From a bacterium (lineage in GTDB: Bacteria > UBA8248), in contig CBDBZY010000044.1 of the NCBI GenBank assembly GCA_965213685.1, positions 128,001 through 192,000 of the forward strand: a stretch of DNA of 64,000 nucleotides, given 5' to 3'. The notes beneath the pieces are model-generated. The model saw only the letters and a list, made by a program, of their open reading frames with translations, had not been told where the DNA came from and ran no database searches. A program made the position numbers and the translations under genes. Position 1 is the stretch's first letter. Every line of letters starts with the position of its first letter. Shown piece by piece: positions 20,000-29,753 of this stretch.

Positions 20000-21478
20000 T
20001 TGGATATCGTTCATCCCACCATCCATTGGGGATATTTGTTGCCGGTGATTCTGGTGGTGGCCGGGGCGGTGCTCGTGCTGATGTGGGACGCGTTTTTCGC
20101 CCGCGGCGAACGCTCCGCCATCATCGCCATCACGCTGGCGACGCTGGCCGCCGCCCTCGGCGTGACGCTCGGTGCGCGCGCCGTCCGGGGGGCGGGCGCC
20201 TCGTTCGGCGGCATGTATCTGTTCGACGGGTTCACGCAGTTCGTCTTCATCGTCATCCTGTTCGCGGGCATTCTCGCGGCGCTCATCTCCGCCGCCCAGA
20301 GGGAGCTCGACAACACGCCGGCGGGCGAATACTACGGCCTCATCCTCTTCGCCGCCTCCGGCATGATGCTGATGGCGGCGACGCGGAACCTGCTGATGGT
20401 CTTCGTGGGCCTCGAGGTCTTCTCCCTGTCGCTCTACGTCCTGGCGGGCTATCTGCGCGCCCGCCCGGAGGGCAACGAGGCGTCGCTGAAATACTTTCTG
20501 CTCGGCTCGTTCGCCTCCGGCTTTCTGCTCTACGGCATGGCGCTGGTCTATGGCGCCACCGGCTCCATCGATTTGGTCGGAATCGCCGAGAGGCTCCATG
20601 AGAGTCCCGCCTCGCAGGGGCCCGCCTTCCTGGTGGGCCTGTGTTTCCTGGTGGTGGGCCTGGGCTTCAAGGTGGCCGCCGTTCCGTTTTACATGTGGAC
20701 GCCCGACGTGTACGAGGGCGCGCCCACGGCGGTTACGGCGTTCATGTCCGTGGGTCCCAAGGCGGCGGCCTTCGCCGCGTTTTTCCGGATTTTTCTCTCG
20801 GCGGGCGCGGCCGGCGAGAATCTCGACGCGGTCTTGTGGATCATGGCCGTCCTCACGATGAGCCTGGCGAACCTCGTCGCCATCTGGCAGTCGTGCGTGA
20901 AGCGGATGCTGGCCTACTCCAGCATCGCCCACGCCGGGTATCTCATGGTGGCGCTCACGGTCTCGCGCGCCAACCCGGAGCTGGCCACGGGCGGGTTTCT
21001 CTACTACATGCTCGTCTACGCCTTCATGAACATGGGCGCTTTCTGCGTTCTGGTGCTCGCCTCGAACATGAGGCGGGGCGGCGGGACGCGGCTGGACGAC
21101 CTGGCGGGGCTGGCGTCGTTCCATCCGGGGCTGGCGGCGGCGATGGCCGTGTTCATGGCGTCGCTCTCGGGCCTGCCGCCCACGGGGGGGTTCGTGGCGA
21201 AATTCTACGTGTTCAGCGCGGCGCTGAAGGGCGGATACCTCTGGCTGGCCCTGATAGCGGTGCTCAACAGCGTGGTGGCCGTGTATTATTATCTGCGGAT
21301 AGTCGTGGTGATGTATATGCGCGAGCCTGCCGAGGCGTCGGCGGGGCGCGGCCTCGGCCGTGGCTGGTCCTATGCGCTGGCGGCGCTGGTGCTGGCCGTC
21401 GCGAGCACCCTGCAGCTGGGGATTTTCCCCTCCTTCACACTGGATTTCGCGCATCGCGCCACCGTCTTTTTGAATTGA
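20000..21478 (+). CDS. nuoN: NADH-quinone oxidoreductase subunit N (copy 1)
   Basis: EASLKYFLLG, FKVAAVPFYMWTPDVYEGAP, KRMLAYSSIAHAGY; TTG start inferred. Confidence 0.93.
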   Translation: MDIVHPTIHWGYLLPVILVVAGAVLVLMWDAFFARGERSAIIAITLATLAAALGVTLGARAVRGAGASFGGMYLFDGFTQFVFIVILFAGILAALISAAQRELDNTPAGEYYGLILFAASGMMLMAATRNLLMVFVGLEVFSLSLYVLAGYLRARPEGNEASLKYFLLGSFASGFLLYGMALVYGATGSIDLVGIAERLHESPASQGPAFLVGLCFLVVGLGFKVAAVPFYMWTPDVYEGAPTAVTAFMSVGPKAAAFAAFFRIFLSAGAAGENLDAVLWIMAVLTMSLANLVAIWQSCVKRMLAYSSIAHAGYLMVALTVSRANPELATGGFLYYMLVYAFMNMGAFCVLVLASNMRRGGGTRLDDLAGLASFHPGLAAAMAVFMASLSGLPPTGGFVAKFYVFSAALKGGYLWLALIAVLNSVVAVYYYLRIVVVMYMREPAEASAGRGLGRGWSYALAALVLAVASTLQLGIFPSFTLDFAHRATVFLN

Positions 21479-21509
21479 CCCCCAGGGGTTGGTTTTTGGG
21501 TCGGGGCCG

Positions 21510-21518
21510 TGATATAAG
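21510..21518 (+). promoter_or_regulatory. Possible extended -10 promoter for second nuo set
   Basis: TGaTATAAG in the ~170 bp gap, weak -35 (TTGGTT) 18 bp upstream. Confidence 0.3.
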
Positions 21519-21650
21519 GCTTGGCGATTCATCCGGCCGCAGGCTTTTCGGATTCCGGATTTTGGAGGGAAGGGAGCCGTCTCCGTGCGCCATGGGGGCC
21601 CGGGGCGGTTTCGTGACGATTGCGCAACGGCGGTTCTGCGGGGGGCCCAA

Positions 21651-22043
21651 ATGGATATGCTGGGTGCTTTTTTCAGGGATTACGAACTCATCAATCCCTA
21701 TGTTCCGATATTCATATTTACCCTCATGGCGTTCGCGTTCGCCGCGAGCGTCCTCATCGTGGCGCTCCTCGTCCGTCCGCATATGCCGGACCCGGAGAAG
21801 AACTCCCCCTACGAGTGCGGGATGCCTCCCCTGATGGAGGCGCACGAGCGCTTTTCCATACGCTTCTACCTGCTGGGCATATTGTTCCTGCTTTTTGACG
21901 TCGAGGCGTTGTTCCTGTTTCCCTGGGCGGTACAATACGACGCGCTCGGGCTGTTCGGGTTCATCGAGATGATGCTGTTCATCGCCATTCTGCTGGTCGG
22001 CTATTTCTACGCCTGGAGAAAAGGAGCGCTGGAATGGGCCTAG
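21651..22043 (+). CDS. nuoA: NADH-quinone oxidoreductase subunit A (copy 2)
   Basis: [26 protein letters not shown]. Confidence 0.95.
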   Translation: MDMLGAFFRDYELINPYVPIFIFTLMAFAFAASVLIVALLVRPHMPDPEKNSPYECGMPPLMEAHERFSIRFYLLGILFLLFDVEALFLFPWAVQYDALGLFGFIEMMLFIAILLVGYFYAWRKGALEWA

Positions 22044-22510
22044 TCGAGGGCAGGTTCAGCGACAATTTCATCACGTCGAAGGTGGACAGCCTGGTCGCCT
22101 GGGCGAGAAAGAGCGCGCTTTGGCCGATGACCTTCGGCCTCGCCTGCTGCGCCATTGAAATGATGGCGTCCGGTGCCGCGCGCTACGACTTCGACCGCTT
22201 CGGCGTGATCTTCCGCGCCACGCCGCGCCAGTCCGACGTGATCATCGTGGCGGGCACGGTCACCCACAAGATGGGGGACGCCATCCGCAAGGTGTACGAT
22301 CAGATGCCCGAGCCGCGCTGGGTGATAGCGATGGGCAACTGCGCCACCTGCGGCGGCCCCTACGCGAACTATGCGGTGATGCAGGGAGTGGATGAAATCA
22401 TCCCGGTGGACGTCTACGTTCCGGGTTGCCCGCCCAGGCCCGAGTCTTTGATGTGGGGCGTCATGCAGCTCCAGAAAAAGATTGAGCAGGAAAAATACAT
22501 CCGCAGATAA
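22034..22510 (+). CDS. nuoB: NADH-quinone oxidoreductase subunit B (copy 2)
   Basis: [29 protein letters not shown]. Confidence 0.95.
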   Translation: MGLVEGRFSDNFITSKVDSLVAWARKSALWPMTFGLACCAIEMMASGAARYDFDRFGVIFRATPRQSDVIIVAGTVTHKMGDAIRKVYDQMPEPRWVIAMGNCATCGGPYANYAVMQGVDEIIPVDVYVPGCPPRPESLMWGVMQLQKKIEQEKYIRR

Positions 22511-22537
22511 AACCCATGCAGTGCGCAAGGAAAGAAG

Positions 22538-23089
22538 ATGCCGGACGACGTGGTGGAAAATAGCGAAGGGACGAACGGCGCGCCTGGCGAGGGTCTGCGG
22601 GAGCTGATCGAATCGGAGTTTCCGGGCGCCGTCCTCGAGCGAAGTGCCTATCGGGACGAGGAGGACGAGGCGACCTTCGTGATAGGGGTCGGTTTGCTGA
22701 CCCGCGTGGCCGCCCATCTGCGCGACCACCCCGATGCGCGTTTTGCGCTGCTCACGGATTTGACGGCGGCACACTACCCGGAGGCCGAGTATCCCCTGGA
22801 GATGCTCTACCACCTCTACACCTTCGAGCATAACCGCAGGCTTCGCCTGAAGGTGCGGATCAAGGAGGGCCAGGCGGTGCCCACGGTTTCCGGGATATGG
22901 AAGAGCGCGGACTGGATGGAGCGCGAGGTCTATGATTTGTTCGGCATCGCGTTTCAGGGCCATCCGGACCTGAGGCGCATACTCCTGCCCGACGACTGGG
23001 GAAGTCACCCGATGCGCAAGGACTACCCGCTGGAGGGCCGGGGCGAGCGGATTTACACCAAGCCGACGCGCAAGGAAATCGGCGACTAG
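22538..23089 (+). CDS. nuoC: NADH-quinone oxidoreductase subunit C (copy 2)
   Basis: WMEREVYDLFGIAFQGHPDLRRILLPDDWGSHPMRKDYP. Confidence 0.95.
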   Translation: MPDDVVENSEGTNGAPGEGLRELIESEFPGAVLERSAYRDEEDEATFVIGVGLLTRVAAHLRDHPDARFALLTDLTAAHYPEAEYPLEMLYHLYTFEHNRRLRLKVRIKEGQAVPTVSGIWKSADWMEREVYDLFGIAFQGHPDLRRILLPDDWGSHPMRKDYPLEGRGERIYTKPTRKEIGD

Positions 23090-23121
23090 CGCAGAGCGTC
23101 TTTTCTTGAGGGAATGAGGGC

Positions 23122-24264
23122 ATGGTTGGCGTAGCGAATATGTCTCGCATCGAGCAGCAAAGCACCGTGCGCGGCACCGAGGAGCTGGTGGTCAACATGG
23201 GCCCCCAGCACCCCAGCACGCACGGCGTGCTTCGGGTCATCCTGAAGCTCGACGGCGAGACGGTGAACGATCTGGATTGCGACATCGGCTACCTGCACCG
23301 CGGCACCGAGAAGATGGGCGAGAACATCACCTACACCATGTTCATCCCCTATACGGACCGCCTCGACTACATCGCCGCCCCGTCCAACAACCTGGCGTGG
23401 GTCACCGCCGTCGAGAAGTTCTTCGACTGGGAAATACCCATGCGGGCGCAGTATATCCGCTCGATGGTGGGCGAGCTCTCCCGCATCGCCAGCCATCTGC
23501 TCTGGCTCGCCACGCACGCCCTGGACATCGGGGCGATGACGGTGTTCCTGTGGTGCTTCCGGGAGCGCGAGATGGTGCTGGACCTCTTCGAGACCGCCTT
23601 CGGCGGCCGTCTGACGGTCAACGCCTTTCGCCTGGGGGGGCTGCACGAGGACGTGCCGGAGAAGTTTTTGCGGCTCACCCAGGAGTTCATCGACATTTTC
23701 CCGAGCCGGGTCGACGACTACGAGACGCTCCTCACCAACAACCGAATCTGGCTGCAGCGCACGCGCGACGTGGGCGTCATCTCGGCGGAGGACGCGAAGG
23801 ACCTGGCGCTGACCGGCCCCATCATCCGGGGCAGCGGCGTGCGCTGGGACTTGCGGCGCGCCAAGCCGTACGCCGCGTATCCGTATCTCGATTTTGTCGT
23901 GCCCGTCGGGGAGAACGGCGACATCTACGACCGGTACCTGGTGCGCGTCGAGGAGTTGCGCCAGAGCACCCGCATCATCCAGCAGTGCCTGGATCAGCTC
24001 CCGGGCGGGCCGGTGAGCTGCAAGACGCCGCGCACGATCAGGCCGCCCGAGGGCGAGATATACCACAGCATCGAAAACCCCAAGGGCGAGTTTGGCTTTT
24101 ATATCGTGAGCGACGGGACGGAGACGCCCTATCGCGTCCGCATCCGGCCGCCGTCGTTCATCAACCTGGCCGGGCTCAAGAAGCTGTGCGTCGGGCAGTT
24201 GGTGGCGGACGTGGTGGCCATCATCGGAAGCATCGACATCGTGCTGGGCGAGTGTGATCGGTAA
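23122..24264 (+). CDS. nuoD: NADH-quinone oxidoreductase subunit D (copy 2, shorter type)
   Basis: NMGPQHPSTHGVLR, DRLDY, SIDIVLGECDR; lacks the MEALIHHFK segment of copy 1. Confidence 0.95.
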   Translation: MVGVANMSRIEQQSTVRGTEELVVNMGPQHPSTHGVLRVILKLDGETVNDLDCDIGYLHRGTEKMGENITYTMFIPYTDRLDYIAAPSNNLAWVTAVEKFFDWEIPMRAQYIRSMVGELSRIASHLLWLATHALDIGAMTVFLWCFREREMVLDLFETAFGGRLTVNAFRLGGLHEDVPEKFLRLTQEFIDIFPSRVDDYETLLTNNRIWLQRTRDVGVISAEDAKDLALTGPIIRGSGVRWDLRRAKPYAAYPYLDFVVPVGENGDIYDRYLVRVEELRQSTRIIQQCLDQLPGGPVSCKTPRTIRPPEGEIYHSIENPKGEFGFYIVSDGTETPYRVRIRPPSFINLAGLKKLCVGQLVADVVAIIGSIDIVLGECDR

Positions 24265-24276
24265 GGAGTAGCGTCG

Positions 24277-25248
24277 TTGGACATGGCCCTGGAAGTCGCG
24301 GTCGCCGCGATAAAGATATTCATCGTGCTGAACGTGGTGCAGCTCGTGGTGGCGTATCTGACGTATGTGGAGAGAAAGGTGATCGCGCACGTCCAGCTGC
24401 GGCTCGGGCCGATGCGCGTGGGCTGGCACGGCCTCCTGCAGCCGATTGCGGACGGGCTGAAGCTGTTCCTCAAGGAGGACATCATCCCCGACAAGGCGGA
24501 CCGGGTGGTGTTCGTTCTCGCGCCGGTGATGGTGCTGGTGCCGGCCTTCGTCGTCTATTCGGTGTTGCCCTTCAGCGCGACGTTCTACATCACGCAGGTG
24601 AACATCGGGCTGTTCTTCATCCTGGCGATCAGCTCGCTCGGCGTGTTCGGCATCGTGATGGCGGGCTGGGCCTCGAACAGCAAATACTCGCTTCTGGGCG
24701 CCCTGCGGAGCGCGGCGCAGATGCTGAGCTACGAGATTTTCCTGGGCTTCGCCGTCATCGGGCCCCTGATGCTCGCAGGCTCGCTGAACATGCAGGAGAT
24801 CGTGCGGGCGCAGTCCGACGTATGGTTCGTGTTCTATCAGCCGATCGCATTCGTCGTTTTTTTCATCGCCGCACTCGCCGAGACGAACCGCGTGCCCTTC
24901 GACCTGCCCGAGGCGGAGACCGAACTCGTGGCGGGTTTTCACACCGAGTATAGCGGGATGAAGTTCGCGTTTTTCTTCCTGGCGGAATACGCCAACATCA
25001 TGGTCGTGGCCACGGTGGGCGTCACGCTGTTCTTCGGCGGATGGGACGGGCCGGATTTCATTCCGCTTCCCGGCTTCGTCTGGTATGTCATCAAACTGGC
25101 GGCGATGATCTTCGTGTTCATATGGCTGCGGGCGACGCTGCCGCGCTACCGCTACGATCAGCTGATGCGGGTGGGCTGGAAGTTCATGTTCCCGCTCGTG
25201 ATGGCCAACATCTTCTTGACGGGATTCCTGAAGTACCTGTTCTTGTAA
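24277..25248 (+). CDS. nuoH: NADH-quinone oxidoreductase subunit H (copy 2)
   Basis: [34 protein letters not shown]. Confidence 0.95.
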   Translation: MDMALEVAVAAIKIFIVLNVVQLVVAYLTYVERKVIAHVQLRLGPMRVGWHGLLQPIADGLKLFLKEDIIPDKADRVVFVLAPVMVLVPAFVVYSVLPFSATFYITQVNIGLFFILAISSLGVFGIVMAGWASNSKYSLLGALRSAAQMLSYEIFLGFAVIGPLMLAGSLNMQEIVRAQSDVWFVFYQPIAFVVFFIAALAETNRVPFDLPEAETELVAGFHTEYSGMKFAFFFLAEYANIMVVATVGVTLFFGGWDGPDFIPLPGFVWYVIKLAAMIFVFIWLRATLPRYRYDQLMRVGWKFMFPLVMANIFLTGFLKYLFL

Positions 25249-25267
25249 TTCGCGGGAGAGGCACGAG

Positions 25268-25777
25268 GTGGAACAGCTTTTCTTCTATTTGTTCTCTGTC
25301 GGGATGGTCATCACCTCCCTGCTGATGATCACGCGCGCGAACGTGATTCACGCCGCCCTGCTGCTGGTGCTGACGTTTTTCTTCCTCGCCGGCGTGTTCG
25401 TGCTGGCGGGGGCGGAGTTCCTGGCGGCGGTGCAGATACTGATCTACGCGGGTGGCATCATGGTGTTGTATCTGTTCTCCATCATGCTGATGAACGTGGA
25501 GGTGGCCGTGCGGATGCGGCAATGGCACCGCCAGCGTCTGCTGGCGCTTGCGGCGGCCGTTCTGCTGGGACTCGAGATCTGGGCCGTGCTGGGGGAGGCG
25601 GAGTTCCCGGCCCCCAGGGAGTGGGCCTGGTCGGTGGGCGCCACGCCCGGCAACGTCGAGGCGATCGGCGCGGTCCTCTACACGAAATTCCTGTTTCCCT
25701 TCGAGGTGGCCTCCGTTCTTCTGCTGGCCGCGATGATAGGCGCCATCGTCCTGGCCAAGCGCAGGATAGAGCGATAG
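25268..25777 (+). CDS. nuoJ: NADH-quinone oxidoreductase subunit J (copy 2)
   Basis: [28 protein letters not shown]. Confidence 0.93.
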   Translation: MEQLFFYLFSVGMVITSLLMITRANVIHAALLLVLTFFFLAGVFVLAGAEFLAAVQILIYAGGIMVLYLFSIMLMNVEVAVRMRQWHRQRLLALAAAVLLGLEIWAVLGEAEFPAPREWAWSVGATPGNVEAIGAVLYTKFLFPFEVASVLLLAAMIGAIVLAKRRIER

Positions 25778-25793
25778 CGCGGAGAGAGAAGCG

Positions 25794-26096
25794 ATGATAC
25801 CGATGACCCATTTTCTTCTCCTGGGCGCCGTCCTGTTCCTGATCGGCGCGGCGGGCGTGCTGATGCGCCGCAACGCCATCATCATATTGTTGTCCATCGA
25901 GCTGATGCTCAACGCCGTGAACGTGACCTTCGTGGGCTTCTCGCGCCACTGGGCGGACATGACGGGCCAGGTGTTCGCCATCTTCGTCATCACGGTGGCG
26001 GCCTGCGAGGCGGCCGTGGGGCTGGCGATTCTCATCGCCCTGAACCGCGACCGCACGATGGTCAACGTGGACGAAGTCAACCTTTTGAAGTGGTAG
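25794..26096 (+). CDS. nuoK: NADH-quinone oxidoreductase subunit K (copy 2)
   Basis: [23 protein letters not shown]. Confidence 0.95.
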   Translation: MIPMTHFLLLGAVLFLIGAAGVLMRRNAIIILLSIELMLNAVNVTFVGFSRHWADMTGQVFAIFVITVAACEAAVGLAILIALNRDRTMVNVDEVNLLKW

Positions 26097-26103
26097 GGAA
26101 ATC

Positions 26104-28131
26104 ATGATCGAATTGGCGTGGCTCATTCCGGTTTTCCCTGTGATCGGGGTGCTGGTCAACGGATTGTTCGGAAAACACGTGGGCGAGCGGGCGGGCCCCA
26201 TCGCGTCCCTCATGGCGGGCCTCTCGCTTCTGATCGTGGCGGGGATCGCCTTCGAGATGATTTTCGGCGCGGGCGGCAAGCACACCGTGCCGCTGTGGAC
26301 GTGGGTGGAGGCCGGCGACCTCCGCGTGTCGATGAGTTTCCTGATCGACCCGCTGAGCACCATCATGCTCCTGGTCGTGGCGGGCGTGGGCTTTCTGGTG
26401 CACGTCTATTCCGTGGGCTACATGCACGGGGACCCGGGCTATCCGCGCTTTTTTACCTATCTCAACCTGTTCATGCTCTCGATGTTCCTCCTGGTGCTGG
26501 GGGACAACTACCTCGTCATGTTCGTCGGCTGGGAGGGCGTCGGCCTTTGCAGCTATCTGCTCATCGGCTTCTGGTTCGACAAGCAATCCGCCTCCGACGC
26601 GGGCAAAAAGGCGTTCATCGTCAACCGAATCGGCGACGCCGGCTTCCTCCTGGGGATGTTCCTGATCTGGACGCTGACGGGCAGCCTCAACTACGCGGAG
26701 GTCTTCGAGGCGGCGCCCGGCCTGAGCGCGGGGGCGGCCACGATCATCGGCCTTCTCCTGTTCGTCGGCGCCACCGGCAAGAGCGCGCAGATTCCGCTGT
26801 ATGTCTGGCTGCCGGACGCGATGGAGGGCCCCACCCCCGTGAGCGCGCTCATCCACGCCGCCACCATGGTCACGGCGGGCGTCTACATGATCGCGCGCAC
26901 GAGCCCCATCTACGTCATGGGGCCGGAGGCGCTGGAGATCGTCGCGATCGTCGGCGCGATCACCGGTCTTTTCGCCGCGACCATCGGCCTGGTGCAGAAC
27001 GACATCAAGCGCGTGCTCGCCTACAGCACGGTGAGCCAGCTCGGCTTCATGTTCATGGCCCTGGGCGTGGGCGCTTTCACCGCCGCCATCTTCCACCTGA
27101 TGACCCACGCGTTCTTCAAGGGGTTGCTCTTTTTGGGGAGCGGCAGCGTCATCCATGCCCTGCACCACGCACCGGAGGAGCAGCAGCAGGACATGCGCTA
27201 CATGGGCGGGCTCAAGGAGAAGATGCCCGTGACGTACTGGACGTTTCTCCTCGGGGCGATCGCCATCGCGGGCGTGCCGCCGCTCGCGGGCTTCTGGAGC
27301 AAGGACGAGATTCTGGCGAACGCCTTTTTCACGGGGCACTACAAGGTCTGGGTCATGGGGAGCGTGGCGGCGTTCATGACGGCTTTCTACATGTTCCGCC
27401 TCGTATTCATGACGTTTCACGGCGAGATGCGGGTCGACCCCCGCGCGCGCCCCCACATTCACGAATCACCCGCCACGATGACGGTTCCGCTGGTTATTCT
27501 GGCCGTCCTGAGCGTGGTGGGCGGGGCGATTCCCGGCTTTCCGCCCGAGGGCGGCTGGATACACGGCTTCCTCGCCCCCTCGCTGGCGAAGATGCCGGCC
27601 GGCGGCGGCCACGCCATGCAGGAGGGGGTGCGCCTGATGAACGCCGCGGTGGAGGGCGGCGGGCACGGCGGGCCGGCGGCCACCGTGCTGATCGTCCTGG
27701 CCATCGCCCTCGCCCTCGGCGGCATCGCCCTGGCGTGGAGGATGTATGTGCAGGACACCGAGGCGCCGAATCGCCTCTACGAGTCCCTGCCGGGCCTCTA
27801 TCGTTTGCTCCTCGACAAATACTATGTGGACGAGCTCTACCAGAAGGGCGTCGTCGAGCCGGTCTACCGCCTCATGCGCGCCTTGTGGTCGTTCGACGCG
27901 AACGTGGTGGATGGCGCGGTGAACGGCAGTTCGGTCATGACGGTAGTGACGAGCCGCATCTCCGGAATGTTCGACCTCCGCACGGTGGATGGCGCGGTGA
28001 ACGGAACGGCGAGCTTCATCCGGTTTTTCTCCCAGGTGTTCAAATACCTGCAGTCCGGAATGGTCCAAAATTATCTGTTTGTGATGCTGTTGGGCATCTT
28101 CGTGATGCTGAGCGCATACCTTTTCCGCTAA
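26104..28131 (+). CDS. nuoL: NADH-quinone oxidoreductase subunit L (copy 2)
   Basis: GKSAQIPLYVWLPDAMEGPTP, FHLMTHAFFK. Confidence 0.95.
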   Translation: MIELAWLIPVFPVIGVLVNGLFGKHVGERAGPIASLMAGLSLLIVAGIAFEMIFGAGGKHTVPLWTWVEAGDLRVSMSFLIDPLSTIMLLVVAGVGFLVHVYSVGYMHGDPGYPRFFTYLNLFMLSMFLLVLGDNYLVMFVGWEGVGLCSYLLIGFWFDKQSASDAGKKAFIVNRIGDAGFLLGMFLIWTLTGSLNYAEVFEAAPGLSAGAATIIGLLLFVGATGKSAQIPLYVWLPDAMEGPTPVSALIHAATMVTAGVYMIARTSPIYVMGPEALEIVAIVGAITGLFAATIGLVQNDIKRVLAYSTVSQLGFMFMALGVGAFTAAIFHLMTHAFFKGLLFLGSGSVIHALHHAPEEQQQDMRYMGGLKEKMPVTYWTFLLGAIAIAGVPPLAGFWSKDEILANAFFTGHYKVWVMGSVAAFMTAFYMFRLVFMTFHGEMRVDPRARPHIHESPATMTVPLVILAVLSVVGGAIPGFPPEGGWIHGFLAPSLAKMPAGGGHAMQEGVRLMNAAVEGGGHGGPAATVLIVLAIALALGGIALAWRMYVQDTEAPNRLYESLPGLYRLLLDKYYVDELYQKGVVEPVYRLMRALWSFDANVVDGAVNGSSVMTVVTSRISGMFDLRTVDGAVNGTASFIRFFSQVFKYLQSGMVQNYLFVMLLGIFVMLSAYLFR

Positions 28132-28161
28132 TGCCTAATGCGATGAGGTTGTGGAGGAATT

Positions 28162-29712
28162 ATGAGTAACGTGCCGCTTCTTACGTTGATCACCTTCCTG
28201 CCCGCGGCGGGTGCGCTGATCATCATGTTCTTCATGAAAAAGGAGCAGACGAAAGCCATCAAGGGTTTCGCCACGGCGGTGGTGGTCTTGGATTTCCTGA
28301 TCTCGCTTCCTCTCTGGACGCGCTTCAATTCCGCCGAGGCCGGCTTTCAATTCGTGGAGAAGGTGAGCTGGATACCCACCATCGGCGTGAGCTATTTCGT
28401 CGGGATAGACGGCATCAGCGTGCTGCTCGTCCTGCTCACGACGCTGACCATGATCGTGGGGGTCGTGTGCTCGTTCACCGCCATCGAGGAGCGCGAGAAG
28501 GAGTATTACGTCTGCCTGCTGTTGCTGGCGACCGGCATGTTGGGCACGTTCGTCGCCCTCGATATTTTTCTCTTCTACGTGTTCTTCGAGATCACCCTGG
28601 TGCCGATGTATTTCCTGATCGGCGTATGGGGCGGGCCGAGGAAGCTCTACGCGGCGATCAAGTTCTTTCTCTACACGCTGTTCGGCAGCGTGCTGATGCT
28701 GCTGGGAATTCTGGCGCTCTACTTCGCCAACTTCAAGATGGGCACCGGCGGCCTCACGTTCGACCTGGTCGAGTTGTACGCCGTGGGGCCGAAGATACCC
28801 GTTTCGCTCCAGGTCTGGATATTCCTGGCGTTCTTCATCGGGTTCGCCATCAAGGTTCCCATGTTCCCCTTCCACACCTGGCTGCCGGACGCGCACGTGG
28901 AGGCGCCGACGGCGGGCAGCGTGATTCTGGCGGGCATCCTGCTGAAGATGGGAACCTACGGCTTCGTGCGCTTCGCGCTGCCGCTTCTGCCCCAGGCCAG
29001 CCAGATTTTCGTGCCCTTCATGATGCTCCTCTCCATCATCGGCATCATCTACGGCGCGTTGGTGGCCATGGCGCAAACGGACATCAAGAAGCTGGTGGCC
29101 TACTCTTCCGTAAGCCACCTCGGTTTCGTCATGCTCGGGGTGTTCGCGCTGAACGAGCAGGGGATCCTGGGCGGGCAGCTGCAGATGATCAACCACGGAA
29201 TCAGCACGGGGGCGTTGTTCCTTCTGGTGGGCGTCGTCTACGAGAGGCGCCATACGCGCCTGATCTCCGAGTACGGCGGGCTCTCGAAGGTCGTCCCGGT
29301 GTATACGGTGCTGTTCGCCATCACGATGCTGAGCAGCATCGGGCTTCCGGGGCTGAACGGGTTCGTGGGGGAGTTTCTCATCCTCATCGGCGCGTTCAAG
29401 AAAAGCTACGTCTACGCCGCGTTCGCGGTGGTCGGCATCGTCCTGGGGGCGGCGTATATGCTCTGGCTCTTCCAGCGGGTCTTCTTCGGGAATCTGAGCA
29501 ATCCCAAGAACGAGACGCTCACCGACTGCAACGCGCGGGAAGTGTTCTATCTCCTGCCGCTGGTCATCCTGATGTTCTGGATCGGCCTGTATCCCAAGCC
29601 GTTTCTCGGGCGCATGGAGGCGAGCGTGAAGAAGGTGGTCCGGATGGTGAATGTGGCCGAGGCGCCGCCCGCGCGCGCGGCCGGCAAAGTGACGATGCTG
29701 GAGAGAAGATAA
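28162..29712 (+). CDS. nuoM: NADH-quinone oxidoreductase subunit M (copy 2)
   Basis: FYVFFE, KVPMFPFHTWLPDAHVEAP. Confidence 0.95.
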   Translation: MSNVPLLTLITFLPAAGALIIMFFMKKEQTKAIKGFATAVVVLDFLISLPLWTRFNSAEAGFQFVEKVSWIPTIGVSYFVGIDGISVLLVLLTTLTMIVGVVCSFTAIEEREKEYYVCLLLLATGMLGTFVALDIFLFYVFFEITLVPMYFLIGVWGGPRKLYAAIKFFLYTLFGSVLMLLGILALYFANFKMGTGGLTFDLVELYAVGPKIPVSLQVWIFLAFFIGFAIKVPMFPFHTWLPDAHVEAPTAGSVILAGILLKMGTYGFVRFALPLLPQASQIFVPFMMLLSIIGIIYGALVAMAQTDIKKLVAYSSVSHLGFVMLGVFALNEQGILGGQLQMINHGISTGALFLLVGVVYERRHTRLISEYGGLSKVVPVYTVLFAITMLSSIGLPGLNGFVGEFLILIGAFKKSYVYAAFAVVGIVLGAAYMLWLFQRVFFGNLSNPKNETLTDCNAREVFYLLPLVILMFWIGLYPKPFLGRMEASVKKVVRMVNVAEAPPARAAGKVTMLERR

Positions 29713-29753
29713 ACGCGAAGTCTCTGCCTGGCTGATTTGATGGAGCCTTTCTC

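Noticed and set aside
21611-21628. TCGTGACGATTGCGCAA as a Rex operator before the second nuo set
   Set aside because: Half-site spacing and sequence do not fit TTGTGAA-N4-TTCACAA.
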